From: Eledone cirrhosa
Taxonomy: Eukaryota
DNA: 64,000 nt
Assembly (NCBI GenBank): GCA_964016885.1
Contig: OZ024740.1
Coordinates: forward strand, 194,680,001-194,744,000
Direction: 5' to 3'
Part shown: positions 54,066 through 64,000 of the stretch, in pieces
Layout: each line of letters opens with the position of its first letter
How positions within the stretch are numbered: position 1 is the stretch's first letter
Translations under genes and position numbers: made by a program
Notes under the pieces: model-generated
What the model was told of the DNA's origin: nothing
The model's database searches: none
The model's input: the letters and a program-made list of their open reading frames with translations, nothing else

Positions 54066-54560
54066 ACTGGCAGAGGTACCCGGCGTTGCTCGGGTATTAA
54101 ATAGCAGTTGTGTATACCATTTATGCCAATACTTCTGTGCTACTTCGAAAACTATACTTTTACAAAATCATCGGCTTTTTCCAAAAGAAGGTTCCTGCCC
54201 ACAGGGGTCCCCTACTCAATATGTGCCAATTCTGAGAGTTCACATTTATCTGTAGGATAAACGTAGCCCATGTGTCAAGTTTTGTGAAAATCGGTTGCGA
54301 ACTCCAGAAGTTATGACGTTTTGTTGCATTGCACTGCAGTTCTTCAGTCGACTCCAAGGAAGTGGTTAAAGGAGGTTATCTGCCGGGAAGCCCTATAATC
54401 AATATCTGGAAAAATGAAAGTGCCCATGACCATCCGGAGTACATAAGTAACCTATGTCTTAAGTTTGGTGAAAATACTGTAGAAATGCATAAGGTTTATA
54501 CATGTTTGTGTGGGGGGGGGGGTATGTATTTGAGTGTGTGTATGTATGTGTATGTCCGTC
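54066..54560 (+). mobile_element. Probable Helitron/Helentron-type non-autonomous element
   Basis: Terminal hairpin tacccggcgttgctcgggta after (TA)n and repeated tgtcaagttttgtgaaaatcgg / aagtttggtgaaaat blocks. Confidence 0.5.
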
Positions 54561-55122
54561 GGGCATACGTATGTACTGGCCTAAATCTTCACTATTTACT
54601 TTTACTATTTTAATAACCTCTGTCATTTTCGTTTTAAATTTTATTTACATCAGTCTTAAACTCCGGGACTGGAAATCATTCTGTTATGTTACATAGAATA
54701 TTAGTCTAACGACTCCATTTATACCATAAACTTGGTCTTGTCTTTGCATGAAATTGTTCTTCCCGCTCCACATAACGACGTATTATCCTCGCATTTTTTC
54801 CGTTCATTGCCAGGAAACGTTTTCACGAACCAAAATATCGTCTTCCTATTTTCGTTCGGCTGGAATGTTTCTCGAAATATTTACTTCTGCGTTCCCAGAT
54901 TACTCTCAGTTCAATTTGAATGGGAAATTCCTGTTTCATCGATTTTCTCCGTAACCATGGAAGCTTGTACCCTAAATGTCGACCCAACGCCTCCTCGGGC
55001 CATTCTGCATAACTGTGTAAATTTTCGCTGCATTCCACCAAGCCGTTTCGACGTTTATCCGACTACACTTACTTAAATATACAACGTCCGACCACTTCCA
55101 ATTTATATAGTGCATATATATG

Positions 55123-55292
<170 letters not shown>

Positions 55293-55614
55293 TTCATATC
55301 AAAAACCTAGCAAAACAAATATATATATATATATATTGCCAATATATATAATATGGATAGTTTTTGCTTATTCATATCTTAAAGTAAACGACGGACTATC
55401 AGAGGAATTCTAAGCAGAGAGTTTGATAAATCCTTTTTTTAAATAATTGAATAAATGAATATATATTTTTTTCTTTCCCAATGGGAGGTCATCAAATTTA
55501 TAATTGTAAACTGAGAAAAAGGAAAGTAACACCCCTATTAACTTTTTCTCTACCCACACTAAGTCTTATTCTTATTCTTCAGTTACTTTTGTTTTGTATG
55601 GATTATTGGCCGAC

Positions 55615-55948
55615 GGTGAAGGCGCATGGCTTAGTGGTTAGAGCGTCGAGCTTACAATTGTGAGGTTGTGGGTTCGATTCTCGGACCGGGCATGACACTT
55701 TATTTCACGTTGCTCCAGTATATTCAGCTGTAGAAACTAGTTGTAACATCACTGGTGCCAAGCTGTACTGGCCATTGTCTTTCCCTTGGAGACGTGAGAC
55801 TGGTATGTATAGGCAGTTGCCTGGACTTGTACCACGGAGGAGAATTTTCTGGGTGCAAATACCCTTGCCCGGACTTGTACCTCTCCTCTAAGGAGAACTT
55901 GTTAGGTGCAAATCCCATGGTTATTTGTGATCGAAGGGGGGTCTTGCC
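55615..55948 (+). mobile_element. tRNA-derived SINE, second family
   Basis: A box TGGCTTAGTGG, B box GGTTCGATTC, followed by a non-tRNA body. Confidence 0.8.
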
Positions 55949-55974
55949 ATTGGCCGTAGAGAGATTTCTATTCT

Positions 55975-56252
55975 TATGGTTACAATCTTTACCGCGAGCC
56001 TGCTCTCAAGTCAGGCCCATGCCTGTCAGGTTTTTCTCGAGAGACCTCAACCAGGTTTTGGCGTGTTTGCGTTGTTTTCCACGCCCTCCTTCAGTCATAC
56101 ATTCGTCGAAAACCCAGTCTGATTTCTCCGTGAACATGCGTAACACATGCCGAAGCACCTTCCACCGCCGTACGGTGATGTTCCTCCCCAGATTACTCAG
56201 CTGGACCTGTTTTAGGACCTCGTTTGTTATATGGTCATACGAAGCTTTGTCT
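55975..56252 (-). mobile_element. RTE-like LINE 3' fragment
   Basis: Minus strand degenerate DHITNEVL..RRWKVLRHV motif. Confidence 0.5.
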
Positions 56253-56747
56253 TAAGGTAATATATAAATATATTAACATGTGTCTCTGTCACCGTTTTTC
56301 TTTCACACTCTCTGTTTCTTTCTCTTTCTCTCTCTCTCTCAGAAACACACCTAACCTCTTATTCTGTCACTATTCACACAATACTGGTACAAACTATTCA
56401 CATATACACAAAGATGTATGTAGACGGGAAGAGATAGAAAGAAAAAAAACCTAGGGAGATTGGGCTTCGTGTATTTCAGAAATGCACAAACCCATTTCTT
56501 GTTGGAGAGATGAGAGCGGGAGAGACAGAGACAGTGGGAGTTTGGTTCGTTTGTGTTGTAAAACAAAAAATGTTTAACTGCTGTTGAAATATCCAAAATG
56601 GCTTACAGATTACTGGTCTCTGACTAGCCAAAACAACACACGTGACCCAATTATAAAACAAAACGTCAGTAATTGAATGATTTCGCTGAATATACATGCA
56701 GAGAGAGAAAGGCAAACAAACACACACACATATACATATATATATAT

Positions 56748-56786
<39 letters not shown>

Positions 56787-57012
56787 GAAAGACCAAAGGT
56801 CACTATTGAAAGTCTCTGGATTTCGCAAAAATACATAATACTTTTATTGGATAGGGTAAGATATTTTTCCGCAAAAATTTGATTGCACTGTTTTGTTTCC
56901 ACTTATGTATTTTTTGAAAATGTTATTTGTTCATTATAAAAATTAAATGATCGCATTCTATATGTAGGTGGGCCCCCTTCATCTGGCAACCAATATTTTT
57001 AGACCTAGTCCG

Positions 57013-57073
<61 letters not shown>

Positions 57074-57652
57074 GCCAATCATTGTAAGTTTGAAACTGAC
57101 ATGCAAAAACATACATATCTGAATAAAGTAACCCCAAATCATAGTAGATTCAAATATCACAGAGAGAAAGAGAGAGAGAGATGGGGGAGGAGAAATGAGG
57201 TGCATCATAAATGAAACATGGATTACAGGTTAAAATATAGTCTAAATAGATGTGAAACAAAACGAAGATGTAGTTTATGGAACACCCAAATGATTTAGAA
57301 GTCGACCTTAAATAGGAGCAATAACATTATGAAAGGCATGAGCGACACCACATCATTTTGTTTTGAAAATTTTGAAAGTAGGTTTATAAGTATGAATTTT
57401 CATGAAATTTTCGTAGTTGACTCTGTTGTCTGTCGGTAGGTACTAGAGGCGGTGGTGATCCTGGCCTTGTATTCAATCCTGGTCAAGAGGTAAATGAAAC
57501 CTTTTTTTCAGTTTTTATTTTACAACCAATAGAAAAAAAAACGAAAAGGTTTACCGGGAATCCTACTCCTGACGAGGATCGAACTCGAGACCATTGTCCC
57601 CACCGTCTATTATTCCTCCAAATAGGCCACCGAGAGAGCTACAGAAATATAA

Positions 57653-57845
57653 TTGTTTCTACTTTAAGCACAAGGCCAGCAATTATCCAGTGCATTACTG
57701 GTACTTTATTTTATCGACCCAGTAAGGATGAAAGGCAAAGTCAACCTCGGCGGGATTTGAACTCAGATCATAAAGGGACGTAACTATGCTGGAAAGCATG
57801 GCGTCCGACCCTCTACCGATACTGCCAATCTACCGCCCTACGACA
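57653..57845 (-). mobile_element. Full-length tRNA-derived SINE
   Basis: Family core; TSD agctacagaaatataat on both sides. Confidence 0.92.
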
Positions 57846-58145
57846 GCTACAGAAATATAATGAAAATTGATAATTATAAACCTACTTTCGAAATCAAAGT
57901 TAAAAAGATGGCTTTCCTAGAGCTATTAGTCATATTTAGTGCCGACTTGTCAAACTTCTGGCTCCTTGGTAACAACCCCATTATTCCTATGTGTGATTAA
58001 CTGTTCGATTAATTTAATTTGATTATTTTAACAAACAAATAAGATATATATATATGCAGAAGTTATGTTAAATTTGTTGGGATTCAACAAGCTTAAAAGT
58101 TTTATAACTGATATAAAGCACTCAACAGTGACTGGAGTAAATATT

Positions 58146-58357
58146 CAATATATTAATAAATGGAAACTATATTTATAAAACCATCATTATTTTATTATAT
58201 ATATTTCAAGGGCAACCAAGGCAGTTTTGGTGCGCTTTCATGAAACAAATTTTGTATTTTATCTGATGAAAGCGCATCAAAACTGCCTTGGTTGCCCTTG
58301 AAATATATATAATAAAATAATTATGGTTTTATAAATATAGTTTCCACTTATTAATAT

Positions 58358-58361
<4 letters not shown>
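58146..58361. repeat. Inverted repeat (96-bp arms, 24-bp spacer) carrying a hammerhead
   Basis: Arms 58146-58241 / 58266-58361 with few mismatches. Confidence 0.9.
58255..58319 (+). ncRNA. Minimal type I hammerhead ribozyme
   Basis: tattttat-CTGATGA-aagcgca..tgccctt-GAAA-tatat-ATA-ataaaata; 8-bp stem I, palindromic stem III. Confidence 0.82.
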
Positions 58362-58410
<49 letters not shown>

Positions 58411-58581
58411 GCGGACTGGCCAGGTTGACAGGTTGCCCAAGGGTAAGTGTGCCATAGTGGCCCCCGGTAGCATTGTAGGGTTCTACAGTAGCATTGCAGG
58501 GCCCACTGTACTATTTTAGGGGCTAATGCTTGATTGTGTCTACATTTGTATGTTTTCATGCATGAATGAATGCACTAACCT

Positions 58582-58740
<159 letters not shown>

Positions 58741-58750
58741 CTGTGTGTAT

Positions 58751-59289
58751 GTATGTAAAAGGTAAACAGAAATAACAACACAATCGGTAGAGTATATGGA
58801 AGGGATATATTAGGTTAACGCTTGATATAGCATGAAGTGGGCCTTAACGTTTCGGACGCTAGTCCTTCATCAGAAGAAAGAATGAGAAATAAGATAGATT
58901 GAGGGGACGGGCGGACACACACACACAAACACATGCTTACGCACGTTCACAAGTATAGCTCTTTTTACAAAACGGCTTTTTTCCATTTCAGGTAGACGCG
59001 CTCCATCATCTACTTTTCTTAAAAAATAAATCATACACAACACGCCAGCACCAATAGTTTTGCAAGAGATGTCAACATGAATGGACCTGTTATTTTTATC
59101 TCAAGACATTTTTTCCAATTCCAACCCGCCCATCCCCTCAATCTATCTTATTTCTCATTATTTCTTCGGATGAAGGACTAGCGTCCGAAACGTTAAGACC
59201 ATCTTCCTGCTATATCAAGCGTTAACCTAATATATCCCTTCCATATACTGTACCCATTGTGTTGTTATTTCTGTTTACCGTTTACATAC
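58751..59289. repeat. Inverted repeat (~163-bp arms, ~213-bp spacer) with a hammerhead in each arm
   Basis: Arms ~58751-58913 / 59126-59289, diverged by roughly 10%; microsatellites on both sides. Confidence 0.9.
58842..58877 (-). ncRNA. Minimal type I hammerhead ribozyme
   Basis: Minus strand tctt-CTGATGA-a-ggac(tagc)gtcc-GAAAC-GTT-aagg. The plus-strand copy at 59163-59198 has a mutated core (CGGATGA). Confidence 0.82.
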
Positions 59290-59458
59290 TTATACATTGT
59301 ATATATATATACACACACACACATATACATATATATATATATATATACAATGTCAATTAGATCCCTAAGGATTTGTGTACAAGTTGAAAACATCTTTTAT
59401 TCCTAATTAAACCATTTTTCAACTGTGAACAATTTGTCACCATTTTCTATTCCGTTTA

Positions 59459-59573
<115 letters not shown>

Positions 59574-59737
59574 GAGGAGGTTATAGTTCACTATATATAT
59601 ATATCAACCCTTACGTGGACCTCTCAAAATTCGTTGGATTTTCTAATTGGATTTTCACCCCGAAACTGGATACCAATCCTGAGTACACTTGAACTTCCAC
59701 CAGGAAATCTTTCGTATCATTGAAATTTTCTTTGCTT

Positions 59738-59802
<65 letters not shown>

Positions 59803-60086
59803 TCGAAGAAATTGAAGAAAGATAATTTATAAGGAGGTCTTACACGTTACTCACAAGTTGGGCTCCTCAGAGGCTTAGGGGAAAGTAAAGGATTTAATTA
59901 GGAACCCTGCATGGGTACGAATACGTCTCCTCCTATAACGTTTCTTCTCTTCTTCTCTCAATATTCGCTCTCACGATACTATAACATTTTATTATATATA
60001 CATATATATATACACACATATATATATCCCTTCCATATACTGTACCCATTGTGTTGTTATTTCTGTTTACCTTTTACATACATATC

Positions 60087-60345
60087 TCTAAGGCGGGTAA
60101 AATTCCCGAGATCCATGGACGAGTTCTCTCCAGCGGTCTCTGTCCCTCATTATCGCTGCCATGTCCTGCGTCTCCAACAGACCAGTGTCTGTCCTTAGGG
60201 CATCAACATACGTTAACCTTGGTCTTCCTCTTGTAGTGTGTCCATGTAGGGTCTCCCAAAGGAGCACTGAGTGCAATGTCAACTCTGGATGTCGGTGAGC
60301 ACTTTTGAGCTGATTTTTGGGTGCTCCCATACAGCTCTGAGTTTT
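60087..60345 (-). mobile_element. RTE 3' fragment, same family as 38556-39116
   Basis: HPELTLHSVLLWETLHGH..GRPRLTYVDAL; high nucleotide identity to the 38.6-kb copy. Confidence 0.9.
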
Positions 60346-60380
60346 ACCTACATATACATCGTATATATACACACACACAC

Positions 60381-60453
<73 letters not shown>

Positions 60454-61102
60454 ACAATGTCAATTAGATTCCTAGGGATTTTTGTACAAGTTGAAAACAT
60501 CTTATGTATACATATATATAAATCTATATATACACATGTACAAGCACACATATATACGCACTCCCATATAAATATATATATATATATATATATTGAGTGA
60601 GTGTGAAAGGTCATTATCGAAAGTCTCTGTATTTCGCAAAATACATAATATTTATTGGAGAAGGTAAGATATTTTTATATATCTAGGTGGGCCCCCTTCA
60701 TCTCCTGGCAACCAATATTTTTAGACCCTGACCGCCACTCTATATATATATATATATAAGAAAGTAAGGTGTTTTTAATGTTCCACACGGGTAAAAATGT
60801 AAGGAAAAGAAACTGAAAATGCATCCGGTGTCTTTAAGAAAATATTTTTACTTTACCGGTTTCACAGTTCTTATGATTTTCAAAAGTAAAATTGAAATGG
60901 AGGGTTTGTGTTTCTGTTTTGGTGTGTATCATATATATATATATATATATATTAAAATAACAGATTAAAGTTTAAGCAAAGAATCGCTGCTTTCACCCTC
61001 AACGGGATCTTCTGAAACTAAAAAAATCAATCTGTGAACGCAGAAGTAAATATTTCAAAAAACGTATATAAAAATGTATATAATTATATATATATATATA
61101 TA

Positions 61103-63752
61103 TATTGTTATACTTGGGGAGGGTCATATTTGCGTAATATTGCCAGAATTAATAACAGAACACACTCACTGTTTGGTTGGTTTTCGCTTCTCGCTGTCTT
61201 TTATATATATATATCTGCGATCTAACTTACTCGGTCCTCAATGTTGCCATTGACTGACCGGCGGTCAAAAATAATACAGATACAATATAGACACAAACAC
61301 ATATATATATATATAGTTTACATAATTTACATAAATCTTTCGTTGCACATCTGCAACATCGTCAGTGGTGTTATATTCATTGTTCCTCCTGTTGTGTTGT
61401 ATGTCTACGCCATTTTTTATTCAGTCTGTCTATATATTTATTTATTTATTTGCTTGTTTGTTTATCTTATTTTATTTTGTCTTCTTTGCGCATGCGTTTG
61501 TGTGTGTGTATAGTGTTATGTGTGATGTGTGACTAGTGTGTATAGTGTTGTGTCTGCTGGGTGACTAGTGTGTGTTTATGTGCTTGTTGTTATTGTGCTT
61601 GTGTATGTATTTATTTATCTTATTTTATTTTATTTTATTTACTTATTTATACTTCTCTTAGGTCAGTGTTGTTTGTTTGGGTGTTGTTGTTGTTCCACTC
61701 ATTCTTTCTGTTTAGCTTTGGTCTTCTAATTTCTATTTCACTGGCCTCTCTGATTTGCCTATCTGCTGGGTCATTCCTATGTTTAGATATTATTCTAATT
61801 TCTATGTTGTCTATGTTACCGTCATGTTGTTGTCTAGCATATTCGTATAGTACTGACCCGTTTTTTCGTCCTTTTAGTTCCCCCCAGTATTGGTCTATCT
61901 TTCACCTATGCTACGAGCTGTCTCACCTATGTATGTTGTTGTCATGTTTCTGCAAGTACCCTCTGTACATCTTATGCTATAGACTACGTTTCTAGTTTTA
62001 CAGTTTATCCGGGGGTTCACCTTACATATGATACACTTCCTATTGGTACAGTGGGTTTTCTTAAAAGGGTAGGTTTTGCTGATCAGGGATTTTATGGTGG
62101 TTCCTGGCTTTTCTACCACCTTTATTTTTAAGTGGGTCTTTCTCAAGGCCTTTCTACACTGGTTAGCTAATTTCCCTCCAGGGGTGGCGTCCACAAACAT
62201 GACACTCTGATATCTCTGGTTGTCGTACCATGATGTGGCCTTCCCTATCTTATGTCTAGCCCTATCTAAGCTATTCCATGATTTGCTCCTGTATAGTGGG
62301 CAAATTCCTTTCATGTCCAGTTCTATGAGGGTCTTATACTTTTCCATGGCTCCTTCGTATACTCTGACTCTGTCTCTTTGGTTGTAGCCAGAGAACTGCA
62401 TGCGGTTGATGAAGGGTTGGATGTGTCCTTCCATTTCTGTTGGGTCGCACATGCTGGACACATTCTTCATCACTCGTACCAAATCTGCGATCAGAATATT
62501 AAACTTAGCACTACTGGACATTGCTGAGTTTTTGAGTATCAGGTATTTGGAGGCCATGGGTTTAGCATAGTGTGAGTGGAGAATTTGGGCTCTCTCGTCT
62601 ATAGTGTTAATCTAGAGTTCTGTGTCTAATACAGGTAGTCTATTGTTAGGGTGTTTGGAAGGGAAGTCTATAGTTACAGTTATACTCTGGTGTATGGAAT
62701 TAGCTATCTCCTGGATGCTTTCCATCGTGCTACGTTCTAAATCAAACTTGTTAGTGCTCTCTAGTGGGGGTGTTCTTATAACTATATTGATATCGTCTAC
62801 ATAACGAGAGTACATGATGAGGTCTATGGAGCTTTCATTAAGGAGATCTTTAAGTCTCCTTTCCCACCATACCATGAAAAGGTTGGCAACATCACCAGCT
62901 ATGCTGACGCCGATGGCTGCTCCCTCATTTTGGGTGTAGATTTTCTCATTGAACTTAAATATGTGGCCCTTTAGGGTAGTTTTGATACTAGCCCCTATTG
63001 CATGTGCGACCATTTTTCTTACCTGATCAGTGTTTTGGGGGGTCCGTATGGCTTTGGTCCACCCAATCCCCCTTCCTATGGGAGTCTTTTTAGCCATTGA
63101 GGTTATGGTGGGGGGTCTACCTCTTATAGGTCTACTAGGGCAGAAACATCTAAGGTCATGGCTGTCTAGGTAGTCAGTGTCGTAGGTAAGTCTAAGTAGG
63201 AGGCCCAGTTCGTCTGTGTCGACGTCGCAGAACTCCACCTCACTCTCAATGATCATCTCCACACATCTTTTCACAGCAAAATCAATGTTAATGGATGGGT
63301 ACAGTGACACCACATCCATGCTGCCTATTATGCAGTTGGATAGGCTCCTGTTTTTGTTGCACTCACTGATTCTGCTGAGGAGGTCCTCTGTACTTTCACA
63401 TACATCTGGGGACATCTTGATTATGGGGCGTATAACCATTGAGAGGAAGTAGGAGATCCTGTAGTTGCTAGCTATATTAGCTCCGCATACGGGTCTTGTT
63501 GGTGGTCCTGTTGTCGGGTCGTCGACTGTCTTGTGGTCTTTGCGGAGCCCATACAAGGGTGGTATGCCATTGTTAGACGCCTGGAAGTTGTTGGCAGTGC
63601 GTCTGCTTGGCTTTAGGATGTCAGTCCACATCATCATGTGAGCGTTGAGGATTTTTTCTCTCCCATCGTGTGTTAGTTGTGCAACTTCGCTCGTGTTGGT
63701 GATGTGGGGTTGCATTGCCTCGATGTAGTTCGGCATGCTATCTATTGACATC
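61103..63752 (-). mobile_element. Penelope-like element, related but distinct family, 5'-truncated
   Basis: ORFs 62612-63778 (RT: GSMDVVSLYPS, SRYVDD) and 61895-62557 (NVVYSIRC..YIGETARS) with premature stops; 3' end into (TA)n. Confidence 0.93.
61329..61369 (-). ncRNA. Minimal type I hammerhead in pLTR
   Basis: Minus strand ca-CTGACGA-t-gttgca(gatg)tgcaac-GAAA-gat-TTA-tg; stem I is weak. Confidence 0.68.
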
Positions 63753-64000
63753 CAAGCTGAAAGGTTACTGAAAGACACTGTTTTCTGTTATATAAAAACT
63801 ACAATAACAACAGAACAAATCCGCTTCTTAAAACACTGTGTTTCCTCCAAAACATACACAACAAACATATCAAAACAAGTAAATAATTTATTATTGAACA
63901 AAACACAAGCCGAACGGCTAAAACACACAATAACAGTTAATATGAAAAGAACAACATACACAAAAGTCAACGCACTCTACAGACAAAAACGCATCAACGG

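Noticed and set aside
55615-55690. tRNA genes (also 37560-37625, 34215-34290)
   Set aside because: A/B boxes are present but cloverleafs are imperfect, and 55615 continues into a repeat body; treated as SINE heads.
56450-56660. Promoter-like CACGTG and CCAAT motifs in unique sequence
   Set aside because: Short motifs expected by chance; no associated gene visible.

Overview
AT-rich, microsatellite-dense eukaryotic DNA. The recurring tRNA-derived SINE resembles octopod cephalopod SINEs, but that is recalled, not verified. I found no convincing host exon; the window is almost entirely mobile-element sequence. It contains (ACAT)n-embedded RLE non-LTR retrotransposons (R4/Dong-like), two tandem (GATA)n-embedded L1/Tx1 elements, five Penelope-like (RT + GIY-YIG) copies, RTE/CRE/CR1 fragments, a mariner pseudogene and many SINEs. 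Three patterns stand out. (1) There are at least ten recognisable type I hammerhead ribozyme motifs, many in head-to-head palindromes of 118 bp to 6.5 kb with 3' ends facing outward, mostly into (TA)n; four Penelope 3' ends stop at an AATAT pentamer inside the start of the element's own ORF. (2) An ORF-less 540-bp circularly permuted hammerhead unit is a retrozyme candidate. (3) A diverged ~530-600 nt non-coding element with compensatory stem changes and fixed ends sits in (ACAT)n and matches no SINE architecture I recognise. All folds and alignments were done by eye.
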